Positions 50,961-61,757 of a stretch of DNA of 64,000 bases are shown here, piece by piece. Below the pieces are notes generated by a model. It was not told where the DNA came from. It worked only from the letters and a program-made list of their open reading frames with translations, and did no database searches. The first letter of the stretch is position 1. The number at the start of each line of letters is the position of its first letter. A program made the position numbers and the translations under genes. The DNA is taken from contig CBDBZU010000004.1 in NCBI GenBank assembly GCA_965213625.1, forward strand, positions 3,200,001 to 3,264,000. The letters run 5' to 3'. Origin of the DNA: a bacterium. Its GTDB lineage: Bacteria; UBA8248.

Positions 50961-52145
50961 TTATACTTTTGCTCTTCGCCGATCCAGAGTTTCGAGCCAG
51001 CCTTCCAAAGTTTCCACAACTTTACTGTCAGCGAGAGAGAGAATCGGTGTCGATCGGTCTTTATCTTCTTCCACCTTATTATGCAACAGCGACGCGGTTG
51101 ATTCTTCCATTTTTTGCTCAAGCGTCGATATTTTTCCCAATATCCATGGAGTGTTTACGCCCAGAAATTGCGCCTTTTGACACAAATCCAATGCCTGGGA
51201 GTCATTTTCCTCTTGGATATAAAGTTCTATCACCTTTTGCAGAATAGGGTCGACGACTTCTTCGCTAACAACATCTTCTTCTGAGCTGACACTGTACCCC
51301 GGTTCCTCCACATCGACTTCCGATGTTATACCCGTTGGGCTTAAGTCCTCGCCTGAATCTTTAGTTTCGGCTGTAGACGTTTCGGCACCACCTTCATCTG
51401 GTTCCATTTCTTCAGGCGTGACAGCACCTGACCTTACCTCATCGGGTACGTCTGTCTCGCCTTTAACTTCACCTGCTATCAAATCGAGATTTTCTTCCGT
51501 CCCGGGGTATCCAGTGGGTGTATCAACATCCGTGTGCTGCGATAGTTGCTCTCGAATAGCAGCTAATCTCTCATTCCATTCAACTTTAGCGGGATCAGAC
51601 TCTAAAAGACGTTCGTAGACATCCTGCGCCTTATCCAGAAATCCCTGAGCTAGATATAGCTCAGCAAGAGCCGGCGTGATAACTTCGCCCAATTCTTCTT
51701 CAGGACCAACAACTGGAGCGCTATCAGCATCGGCATCTGCCACAACAATTTTGGGGGTTACTTCATCAGCCGCGATCATATTGGCTACACTTAGCGTGAC
51801 TTTCGCAGCCTCCTCGTTACCCGCTTTCCGATAACATTCGGCCAAGAGACGCTGACCTGAAATATTCCAGGGAACAATTTCCACCGCTTTTGCAATAAAT
51901 CGAGCTGCCTGCTCGTGCTCATCTTTCGAGATGAGTATTTCTCCCAGCAAAACTCCTGCGGCTGCATAGTTGGGATAAGTTGCGAGTCCACTTTTCAGGA
52001 GATTTTCGGCTTGGTCTGCTTCGCCTTTCTCCCATAAATGGCATGCCAAAGGAAAAAAAGCAGCCGAGGAGGGGTATTGTTGTAAGCGTCCCTCCAAAGC
52101 TTTAACTCGGGCTTCTGGATTACTCAAGCGACGTATCATCGACAT
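50961..52145 (-). CDS. Tetratricopeptide-repeat protein with acidic low-complexity linker
   Basis: N-terminal TPRs, TPALAELYLAQG motif, Glu/Asp-rich middle, C-terminal LEGWL. Confidence 0.75.
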   Translation of the reverse strand: MSMIRRLSNPEARVKALEGRLQQYPSSAAFFPLACHLWEKGEADQAENLLKSGLATYPNYAAAGVLLGEILISKDEHEQAARFIAKAVEIVPWNISGQRLLAECYRKAGNEEAAKVTLSVANMIAADEVTPKIVVADADADSAPVVGPEEELGEVITPALAELYLAQGFLDKAQDVYERLLESDPAKVEWNERLAAIREQLSQHTDVDTPTGYPGTEENLDLIAGEVKGETDVPDEVRSGAVTPEEMEPDEGGAETSTAETKDSGEDLSPTGITSEVDVEEPGYSVSSEEDVVSEEVVDPILQKVIELYIQEENDSQALDLCQKAQFLGVNTPWILGKISTLEQKMEESTASLLHNKVEEDKDRSTPILSLADSKVVETLEGWLETLDRRRAKV

Positions 52146-52281
52146 CTCGGTGGGGTAATAAGGGCGTATACTCCTATATGAATAAATGCTAGCAAAGGGT
52201 GACTTGCTCTGACAAGAGCCAGTATCTCCAGCTTTCGCCCAAGCTCTCCTTCAAGAATAAGTTTTGGATTCAGATATATCG

Positions 52282-52709
52282 TCATGCATCAACAACGGCC
52301 AAGGCATTCACCTCGATGAGACAACGAGGATCTGTAGCCAGTTGGACCACCTGAACAGTCGTGGTAGTTGGTTTGTTATCCCCGAAATACTCTGCCCATA
52401 CCTCATTCAGAGAATCTTGATCCGACAAATCGGTTACAAATCGGTTGGCGGAAACGACATCACCAAAATTAGCGTCAACCGCCTCAAGACTTTTTTCATG
52501 TTCTCTAGCGTAGCCCGAGCCTGCCCCTCCATATCTCGGGGAATGGAATCGAATTCTTCCGGTCGATGCGGATGATGATGATAGACGGGCGCTGCGGTTA
52601 CGCCAGCTAGAAATACGAGGCTACCTCTGGTTACTTTGATGACCGGCGCATAAGGCATCCACAAATCAGGCGCATCCGGCCAATGGATATGTTCTATTTT
52701 TTCGCCCAT
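52282..52709 (-). pseudogene. Rid (YjgF/YER057c/UK114) family protein, frameshifted
   Basis: PYAP..LVFLAG..EGQARATLENMKK then the -1 frame continues SLEAVDANFGDVV..LNEVWAEYFG..KPTTTTVQV..LIEVNALAVVDA*; break at A6 run 52491-52496. Confidence 0.8.
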
Positions 52710-52804
52710 TTTCATTCCTTTCATATGAATGTATTTACCAACTTGAGTTTCTATTCGATAATCATCACCCGTGATTTTCTTCTTCATACGCAAAAGGATA
52801 CTCC

Positions 52805-53569
52805 ATGTCTACAAAACTACTGGCGGACAAACGTGTCATCATCACAGGTGCATCAACTGGTATTGGAGCCGCTATCGCCCACGTATACGCCAAAGAAGGG
52901 GCTCACATATGGGGTGCAGGAGGTAGCGACCTCCAAGGACTACATCACACTCTTGATTCGTGTAAAATCTTTGGCGTGAACGCCGGTGGGAAAAATTATG
53001 ATTTATCTAAAGCGCAGCGTACGTCTCAACTGATTCATGACGGCGTCGACTTCCTGGGGGGACTTGATATTTTAGTCATTTGCGCGGGCACACGAGCCTT
53101 CAAGCCCATTGTCGAAATCACCGACGATGAAGTCGACCTTCTATTCGAAGTCAATTCGAAAGCTGCCTACATTGCATCCCGCGAAGCTGCAAAGGTGATG
53201 ATTCCACAAAAAAGCGGCTCGATCCTGATGATAGGCTCATCCGCAGGCCACCGAGGTAGGGCTGATACAAGTCTTTATTCCGTGACCAAATCCGTTCTTC
53301 ACCACCTCACGAAATGCTTGGCCCTGGAATTAGGACCTTTGGGAATTCGCGTGAACTGCCTTGCGCCGGGCTTGGTTGCGAGTCCACGCGTCAAGGCGAG
53401 GCTCGATGCAAAACCTGAATATCTTCAGTCCAGGTTAGAGGGTATACCAATCCATCAGCTTGGAACGGTCGAAAATATGGCAGCCACTGCTCTGTTTATG
53501 GTCTCACCTGAAAATGAGTTCATGAATGGCTCGATAGTGCTTTCTGATGGGGGCGTCACAGCAGGATAA
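52805..53569 (+). CDS. SDR family oxidoreductase
   Basis: TGASTGIG, YSVTK, RVNCLAPG, DGG. Confidence 0.9.
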   Translation: MSTKLLADKRVIITGASTGIGAAIAHVYAKEGAHIWGAGGSDLQGLHHTLDSCKIFGVNAGGKNYDLSKAQRTSQLIHDGVDFLGGLDILVICAGTRAFKPIVEITDDEVDLLFEVNSKAAYIASREAAKVMIPQKSGSILMIGSSAGHRGRADTSLYSVTKSVLHHLTKCLALELGPLGIRVNCLAPGLVASPRVKARLDAKPEYLQSRLEGIPIHQLGTVENMAATALFMVSPENEFMNGSIVLSDGGVTAG

Positions 53570-53574
53570 AAACC

Positions 53575-54930
53575 ATGCACGATGCGATTAAGGTAATTTC
53601 AAAAAAGAAGTTAACTTTTCTGATTGCTATAGCCTGCACTTTTACCTTTTATCCATTTCAAAATAACGCTAAAGGCGAAACTACACTTGATACCCACCAA
53701 ACACACACCGCAATGGTGTCAAGTAGAACGAAGTGGTTATTGACAGCACCTGCCGTAAAAGGCTCCTCTCAAGCAAATCCTATCCTGCTTGCTTTTACAA
53801 TGGATGGCGATTTTCATCCCATCACCTTCAAGAAATCAGGTGGCTTGTTTCGTGCACATGTACAAGACCACCCAACCCCCTCCGACTTGGCTTCGAAGGT
53901 ACCACCCACGCAATTGCACGACGGGAGCTTTGTCGGAGCAGGAAAAAGCGGAATGTTCATCAATGTCGACACTATCGAACGGCGTTGGTTATTCGTCTGG
54001 CCGAGCATTCGCCCTTCAATCTTATCGAAACCCGCTGTATTGGACAGAGATGATGTGGCCATGGTCGGCGTTGATGGCTCGATACTTTTATTCCAGAAAA
54101 AAGAGGGCAAATGGCTCCAAACCCAACTCATTGAAGCGAAAAAGGCAAGAGTATTGCCAGACGCTGTCTTAACGACAGCAGATCTAGATGGTGACGGAAG
54201 AAAAGAACTCATCGTACCTGCTGTACCTTCCAGACGTTACAGGCACGCCGCGCTCGGTGACGACATGGAGCCCACAGAAATTCACGTATATCAATTCAAC
54301 CAAAATACTCTCCACTTCATGGCTAAATACAGGGCTGAAAAGAATGGTGTTTTCGAAATTATTGGCACTCTTGCCTCGGATTTAGACAATGACGGGAAGC
54401 AGGAAATATTAGTCACTCAAAGTGATTCCGACAGTGGTGCAACACATCTCATATTGGGAATGAGGAACAAAAAACTCTTGCTCAAAGCACGAGGCAATGC
54501 AATCGGGAAGAGAAATCGCTGGTCACATCTATTGGGCGTTTTCAACATAGATGGCAGCGCCCCGAAAGTTCTTGCCGTTGAAACGCCCCACCTGTCCGGC
54601 TTCTTATTGGCGTTGCGGCTTAGCGGCCAACGACTTCGTGAGCGAGCCCGCATCGCTGGTGTGACTACACATACAGTTGGTTCTCGAAACCTTTGGGGAT
54701 TTACATTACTGCGGCGCAGAGGCGTTGTAGAAATCGTCATGCAAGAAATCGGTCGGCAGCATTTGAGCGGGCTCGCGCTCTTCGGAAATCGCTGGCACTT
54801 CAGATGGTCGCGGCCTATTCCCTCACCTGTTCGCTCCAACATACTGACCGCTGATTTCAACAAAGACTCGAAAGACGACATCGCCTTCATCGATAAATCA
54901 GGCCTCGTACATATCTATTTATCCAAATAA
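53575..54930 (+). CDS. Secreted FG-GAP/VCBS repeat protein
   Basis: Signal-like N-terminus; DLDGDGRKE, DLDNDGKQE, DFNKDSKDD loops; RYRHAALGD and VETPHLSG motifs. Confidence 0.75.
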   Translation: MHDAIKVISKKKLTFLIAIACTFTFYPFQNNAKGETTLDTHQTHTAMVSSRTKWLLTAPAVKGSSQANPILLAFTMDGDFHPITFKKSGGLFRAHVQDHPTPSDLASKVPPTQLHDGSFVGAGKSGMFINVDTIERRWLFVWPSIRPSILSKPAVLDRDDVAMVGVDGSILLFQKKEGKWLQTQLIEAKKARVLPDAVLTTADLDGDGRKELIVPAVPSRRYRHAALGDDMEPTEIHVYQFNQNTLHFMAKYRAEKNGVFEIIGTLASDLDNDGKQEILVTQSDSDSGATHLILGMRNKKLLLKARGNAIGKRNRWSHLLGVFNIDGSAPKVLAVETPHLSGFLLALRLSGQRLRERARIAGVTTHTVGSRNLWGFTLLRRRGVVEIVMQEIGRQHLSGLALFGNRWHFRWSRPIPSPVRSNILTADFNKDSKDDIAFIDKSGLVHIYLSK

Positions 54931-55030
54931 ATTCTCATCGATTCAATCTGAATATTGGAATTGATTCGAACTATCTGAATTTTTCTAATGCTTAAAACTA
55001 ATGCGTTTTTGTACGGTGCAAGGCATTCTA

Positions 55031-56338
<1,308 letters not shown>

Positions 56339-56511
56339 TTAAAACCACCTCAATCGTCCTGTCCGGCAAGGTCGCTAAGGGTAGCCCATCTTTGGGAAAG
56401 GATGAAAGGCTGGATACAAGTTTTGTACCCTCATTCAATTTGATCTTTAAAACGTCGAATGATATCACAATTAGAACCCCGTTTTTTCTGACAATCAAAA
56501 AGGAAAGCTGT

Positions 56512-57726
56512 ATGATGCCACTGACAGGCGTACGTGTATTGGACTTAAGCCGCCTGCTTCCTGGCGGGCAGTGCACTTTAATGCTCGCTGATATGGGGGC
56601 GGATGTCATCAAAGTGGAAGAGCCCCTGCGCGGCGATTACATCCGCCTAGCAACTCCATTCGATGAACATGGCGTTTCCCCTCTTCACCTTTGCTACAAC
56701 CGCAATAAACGCTCCCTTGCATTAGATCTCAAGAACGAGGATGGCGTGTCCACACTCCTCCGTTTAGTGAGAGATACTGATGTGCTTGTCGATAGCTTTA
56801 GGCCAGGAGTGATGGAACGCCTCGGCATCGATTATCATAAGCTCAAAAAAGAGAATCCAGCCCTCATCCATTGCTCCATCACCGGATATGGACAAGATGG
56901 TCCGCTGGCTCGAACTCCGGGTCATGACTTGAACTTCCAGTCCCTGGGTGGCGTTGTAGAACTTACTGGAGCCGCTGGGGGCACTCCGTATGTGCCCGGA
57001 GTGCTCATCGGGGATGTGGGCGCCGGCATGTGGGCGGCTTTCGCCATACTTGCGGCGCTACGCCTCGCAGAGAGGACAGGTGTCGGGCAATTTATCGACA
57101 TGTCGATGCTAGATGCCGTGATGGGTTTCCTATCCATCCATGGGCAAACGTATCTCTCGACAGGTCAAAGTCCAGGGCGTGAAGAGATGCGACACAACGG
57201 CCGAAGACCTAGTTATCGGCTCTATCCTACGAAAGACGGTCGGATGCTCTCCGTCGCGTGCTCGGAACCGAAATTTTGGGTGAATTTGTGCAAACTTATC
57301 GGGCAAGAAGATTTTAATAACGATTATGGAGCCAGAGGAAGGCGACGAACAGAAGTGATTCAAGCACTCAACAAAACTTTTCAATCGAAGACGCTCAAGG
57401 AGTGGGTTTCATTTTTTGATGGCGCGGATGTATGCGTGAGCCCAGCACTGAATATGCACGAAAGCTTCGGACACACACAAGTTCAAGCAAGTGGACTCGT
57501 AAGGGAATATCAACACCCCGTTAAAGGGACTTATCCCGGCACGCGACCGGCGCCAAAATTCTCAAACCTGCCTATAAGAGACTCTCTACCGCCACCCCGA
57601 CTGGGAGAGCACTCAGTTGAAATACTAGTGGAATATGGGTATCAAGATGAAGAAATCAAGAGTTTGCTGGCATCCGGAACTTCGCACAGGGGTGCTGACC
57701 CTGTAGGTGAAACCATCAGTGAATGA
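56512..57726 (+). CDS. CaiB/BaiF family III CoA-transferase
   Basis: PLTGVRVLDLSRLLPG, LADMGADVIKVE, NRNKRS, SFRPGVMERLG, GYGQDGP, GHD, PRLGEHS. Confidence 0.92.
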   Translation: MMPLTGVRVLDLSRLLPGGQCTLMLADMGADVIKVEEPLRGDYIRLATPFDEHGVSPLHLCYNRNKRSLALDLKNEDGVSTLLRLVRDTDVLVDSFRPGVMERLGIDYHKLKKENPALIHCSITGYGQDGPLARTPGHDLNFQSLGGVVELTGAAGGTPYVPGVLIGDVGAGMWAAFAILAALRLAERTGVGQFIDMSMLDAVMGFLSIHGQTYLSTGQSPGREEMRHNGRRPSYRLYPTKDGRMLSVACSEPKFWVNLCKLIGQEDFNNDYGARGRRRTEVIQALNKTFQSKTLKEWVSFFDGADVCVSPALNMHESFGHTQVQASGLVREYQHPVKGTYPGTRPAPKFSNLPIRDSLPPPRLGEHSVEILVEYGYQDEEIKSLLASGTSHRGADPVGETISE

Positions 57727-57830
57727 AGCTTCTCCTATGGGAGAAACCATAGAACATAAATTGGCTTGGTATTCTTATGGCAAAATTACGGTTGAGAAGA
57801 TCAAAATGGGTTGTCGAAATGAATATTTCT

Positions 57831-58295
57831 TTATTCACTATGGCTTCGTTCTTCCAATTTTTCCAATTCAGCCTCGAAATCTTTGAGGGTCTTGAATGAG
57901 CGATAGACTGAAGCGAATCGTACATAGGCCACCTCATCCACTTCTCTCAACTCTCCCATGAGTTTTTCGCCTATCGCTTCTGTCGATATTTCTTTCTCGC
58001 CGCTATCAAGGATAAAGCGCTCCACCCGGTCGACTATCGCCTCTTGATCCTCAGCGGATACTGGTCTTTTCTCCAGTGCCTTCTCAATACCTATACTGAT
58101 CTTGTCGCGAAGATAATTCACGCGTGTGCCATCTTTTTTTACAATGAGCGGCCAGGAGACTTCCGCCCTCTCGTAAGTCGTAAAACGGTGAGCGCATTTC
58201 TCGCACTCTCGCCTTCTGCGAATCGAATTTCCTTCCTTGGTCATACGGCTGTCGACCACTTTGCTTTCAGGATGACTACATATCGGACATTTCAT
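57831..58295 (-). CDS. nrdR: Transcriptional repressor NrdR
   Basis: [37 protein letters not shown]. Confidence 0.97.
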   Translation of the reverse strand: MKCPICSHPESKVVDSRMTKEGNSIRRRRECEKCAHRFTTYERAEVSWPLIVKKDGTRVNYLRDKISIGIEKALEKRPVSAEDQEAIVDRVERFILDSGEKEISTEAIGEKLMGELREVDEVAYVRFASVYRSFKTLKDFEAELEKLEERSHSE

Positions 58296-58319
58296 AAGAT
58301 TCCAGTCCGGGCAGTAGAA

Positions 58320-58781
58320 TTACGAGGACGTCGGCTGAGGCGCTTCTTCAATATCGGCAATCTTATCCAAACGACGGGAGTGACGCCCGCCTTCAAACTC
58401 CGTTTCCAACCAAGTGGCTACAATTCTATTTGCTTCCTCGAGACTCACAACCCGGCCACCAAGGGCTAAAATATTGGCATTGTTGTGCAGGCGGCTCATA
58501 CGCGCGGCCCATTCATTGTGACAAGCAACGGCACGAACACCCGGAAACTTATTCGCCACGATGACCATACCCGCGGCTGACCCACAACAGAAAATTCCCC
58601 GCTCGGCGTTGCCCTCGCTCACTGAACGGGCGGCGGGCCCGGCATAATCCGGATAATCACATGAATCATCGGAGTTCGTCCCGAAATCTTGGTATGGAAT
58701 CGCCCTATCATCAAGCAGTTTTTTTACTGCTTCTTTGAGCTTATATCCTCCATGATCAGCTGCAAGAGCGATTTGTTTCAT
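58320..58781 (-). CDS. rpiB: Ribose-5-phosphate isomerase B
   Basis: DHGGYKLK, DYPD, CGSAAG, SRLHNNAN, FEGGRHSRR. Confidence 0.95.
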   Translation of the reverse strand: MKQIALAADHGGYKLKEAVKKLLDDRAIPYQDFGTNSDDSCDYPDYAGPAARSVSEGNAERGIFCCGSAAGMVIVANKFPGVRAVACHNEWAARMSRLHNNANILALGGRVVSLEEANRIVATWLETEFEGGRHSRRLDKIADIEEAPQPTSS

Positions 58782-58983
58782 CGGAATTCTCCAGGCTGAG
58801 TCAGTTGGAGGGATACAACCTCTCAAAACTAGGCCGTAGTAAATCATAAGTCAAGCGATCACTCATTCGCACTGCCATTCCAAATCTTTATGTCACCTAG
58901 ATTAAAAACCGTCATTACGACCTTTACCGTTAACACCAATCACTATGCTCGTTCAAAAAAATATGATTATTCAGCAGAAGGAC

Positions 58984-60255
58984 TCAATATGGCTTCAATT
59001 CTGTACTAGAAATTGATTTGCCCAAAAGTATCCTAGACGCCTCCTGCGCTGTTTTCTTGAATTCATTCTCTGCTGCCAGCCTCTCTCCTTTTTCCTGTAA
59101 ACAGCGCGCCTCAATCAAATGCAGTGCCAGACGCACCCAAGAATCCTGACCTTCAATCGACGCGGCCATGGCAGATGCCTGCTCCAAGCTTTTATTGACC
59201 TTCTCGATTTGACCCACTTCGAGCATCAACGCGGCGTGCAGCACGTGATGGTGGATATCGTTCTCCCTGCGTTTTCCCGCTGATTGGACATTTGCAGCAG
59301 CTTTTTTTATCGCGTTTTGTGACTCCAGAGGCCCAACTGCTAACGCCAACCTTTGCAAAAACTCCAAACCGCCCAAAGTCTGATAACCATTTTCCCAAGT
59401 ACGTAGTGCTCGCCGTTCTCGACCTGCCGCCAACTGCGCATCACCCAATAGAAGGTATGCTTTTCTTTCCTTGTCTTGATGGTTCAGAGCCCGTTCTAAG
59501 CAAGGAATCGCCGCTGCTGGGTCAGCGTTATTTAATTTCGCCTCACCTAGCGCCAGATACGCGCGGCCGGCGAATTGGTTATCGTCCTGACGATCTAAAT
59601 CCGATACACTTGATTGTGAGAGTTTCTCGCAAACCTCGACCGCAGCTTCCAGGCGACCAATTTCCAGGTACATATCCCTGAGTTTTCGCAAAACCAAGGG
59701 GCTCGCACCTCTACCTGTACTGTTTTGCGCAAGTAACTCAAGAGCTTTTTTCGCCTGGCCGGAATGATCGAGAGTCTCCGATAATCGGATAATGGAATCG
59801 GGTGAGTTGTTCGTAACAGCACGAAGGCGTTCATTCCATTGAATAGCATCACTGGGATTGTCAGAATCTACCGCCAGATCCGCGGCTAGCCTCAAGGCTG
59901 GAATAAAGGATGGATCATCTTTGAGTGCGCGCTTCACTTCTCTTCGAGCGCGCCTTCGTTTCCCTTGCATTCCGAAGCTTTGAGCCCTGGCAAATCGCTC
60001 CTGGGCACGATTCAAACGTTTTTGTTTCTTGGAGAGTTTCTTGCGCGAAAACCAACCAAGAGCAGCCTCGCTCCAACCTAGGATAGTAGCCAGAAACGAA
60101 CCAATGAGAGCCGCTCCGATTACCACTAGAGCTAATGGAACTCGTACAGACCAAGCATCCGTGAGACGCAGGTCAATGATTTCGCGATTGTAGTGAAGAA
60201 AATAAACAGCAGCCGCAATAGGAGCTGCCAGGATGAGGAGAGTCCGAATTTTCAT
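58984..60255 (-). CDS. Membrane-anchored TPR protein with LapA-like N-terminus
   Basis: TM-N-beta-PL-TM N-terminal pattern followed by multiple TPR helices. Confidence 0.65.
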   Translation of the reverse strand: MKIRTLLILAAPIAAAVYFLHYNREIIDLRLTDAWSVRVPLALVVIGAALIGSFLATILGWSEAALGWFSRKKLSKKQKRLNRAQERFARAQSFGMQGKRRRARREVKRALKDDPSFIPALRLAADLAVDSDNPSDAIQWNERLRAVTNNSPDSIIRLSETLDHSGQAKKALELLAQNSTGRGASPLVLRKLRDMYLEIGRLEAAVEVCEKLSQSSVSDLDRQDDNQFAGRAYLALGEAKLNNADPAAAIPCLERALNHQDKERKAYLLLGDAQLAAGRERRALRTWENGYQTLGGLEFLQRLALAVGPLESQNAIKKAAANVQSAGKRRENDIHHHVLHAALMLEVGQIEKVNKSLEQASAMAASIEGQDSWVRLALHLIEARCLQEKGERLAAENEFKKTAQEASRILLGKSISSTELKPY

Positions 60256-60276
60256 TCGCAACTCACCGCCCGGTAT

Positions 60277-60654
60277 TTAATTGCCGCCGCGCATTTCAAT
60301 TGCGTTTTGAGCCACCACTGTATAACGCGCATAGGGGATCGCTTCCAGGCGGGAATAGGGAATCGGCTCATCCGACTCCTCACAAATACCATAAAGTCCA
60401 TCTTCGATCCTCTGGAATGCCGCTTCCACTTCCCGTAAACGCTCCCGCTCCCTTTCTCCCAAATCCATTAAAACCTGACGAGAATATGTGTCGGCAGCCA
60501 TGTCCGCTATATCTTGAGTCCCATCATCACCTATTTCTTTGGTGTGTATCTTACTTTTCTCCACATCCCCAAGAATTTCACGACGCACTTCATTCAATCT
60601 TTCTTCTAATTCTCTCAGCTGTTTTTTAGTCAAATGCTTCAATTTGAACCTCAA
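60277..60654 (-). CDS. dksA: DksA/TraR family transcription factor
   Basis: DIADMA coiled-coil tip, RIEDGLYGIC, IPYSRLEAIP. Confidence 0.85.
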   Translation of the reverse strand: MRFKLKHLTKKQLRELEERLNEVRREILGDVEKSKIHTKEIGDDGTQDIADMAADTYSRQVLMDLGERERERLREVEAAFQRIEDGLYGICEESDEPIPYSRLEAIPYARYTVVAQNAIEMRGGN

Positions 60655-60670
60655 CTTTCATTCTGATGAC

Positions 60671-61027
60671 CTAAGCACTTGGTGCCATTGGCTTGAAGAC
60701 GGATGCGTGTGACCATAAATCTTCCAGTCGATAATAATCTCTACTCTTTGCGTTGAATATATGGACAAGGAAATCACCACAATCCATCAACACCCAATTT
60801 CCCTCTTCAACCCCTTCCGTCAATAAAACAGTATCGCCAATTTTCTTAAGTTTTTCCTTCGCCGCTTCACAAAGCGCTCTCACGTGTCGGAGGCTCGTTC
60901 CGTGGCAAATCAAAAAGGCATCTACCTCGACAGACAGAGGCCTAAGATCCAAAAGCACGACATCCATCGCTTTCTTCGCTTCCAATGACTCCTGAAGAGC
61001 ATGAAGCCGATTCTCTAGTTTCTTAAT
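60671..61027 (-). CDS. rsfS: Ribosome silencing factor (probable ATT start; TTG at 60985 is the alternative)
   Basis: KKAMDVVLLDL, FLICHGTS..HV, EG..WVLMDCGD..VHIF...RDYYRLEDLW; follows nadD. Confidence 0.93.
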   Translation of the reverse strand: MKKLENRLHALQESLEAKKAMDVVLLDLRPLSVEVDAFLICHGTSLRHVRALCEAAKEKLKKIGDTVLLTEGVEEGNWVLMDCGDFLVHIFNAKSRDYYRLEDLWSHASVFKPMAPSA

Positions 61028-61049
61028 GGGTCTCGATCCTCCTCAATCT

Positions 61050-61757
61050 TTAGCCAACATTTCCCGAATGCCCATATAATCGGCGGCGAATTATAAAGAG
61101 TTCGACTTCGCGTGGCAATAAATGTTGTATGGAGGATGATTCTTTTATGTACTGCCTGATCCGAGTTGCCGAAATATCAACTTCAGTTATCGGCATAAAT
61201 TTTATGATCCGCTTTTTGTCAGTGAATACAGCTTCTTTTAAGGACTCAACCATGCAATACCTTGGTTCAACTTCTTGTATCACTTGGAGAAGCGCTTCAA
61301 GATACTCTGAAGTTTTTTGATCACCTCGTAAAGTAACAGCAAAATTGACGGCGTGTAACACATCTTTTGGCTTGTACCATGTCCTTAACTCAAGAAATGC
61401 ATCCGCACCGATGATAAAAAACATATCATCTATATCGAGTGTCTTTCTCGTCAGCTCATTCAAGGTATCAAGAGTATAAGATGGCCCTCCCCGCTCTATT
61501 TCAACGGGGTCACATACATATGGGGAGTAACCCTCCAATGCAATTCGAACCATTTCAAGTCTGTCAGCCGCAGAGGCAACCTCATTTTGCGGCTTGTGTG
61601 GAGGCAATGCAGACGGAACAAACCTGATTTCATCAAGCATAAGCGCTTTGCGCACCTCTTCCGCAGACCGGAGGTGCCCATAGTGAATCGGGTTAAATGT
61701 CCCGCCTAGAATCCCGATGCGCAATCGCTCTCCTTGGCTATTCCTCTTCTGCATCAA
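61050..61757 (-). CDS. nadD: Nicotinate-nucleotide adenylyltransferase
   Basis: GGTFNPIHYGH, PPHK, SYTLDT, FIIGAD, ISATRIR; exact start uncertain. Confidence 0.95.
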   Translation of the reverse strand: MMQKRNSQGERLRIGILGGTFNPIHYGHLRSAEEVRKALMLDEIRFVPSALPPHKPQNEVASAADRLEMVRIALEGYSPYVCDPVEIERGGPSYTLDTLNELTRKTLDIDDMFFIIGADAFLELRTWYKPKDVLHAVNFAVTLRGDQKTSEYLEALLQVIQEVEPRYCMVESLKEAVFTDKKRIIKFMPITEVDISATRIRQYIKESSSIQHLLPREVELFIIRRRLYGHSGNVG

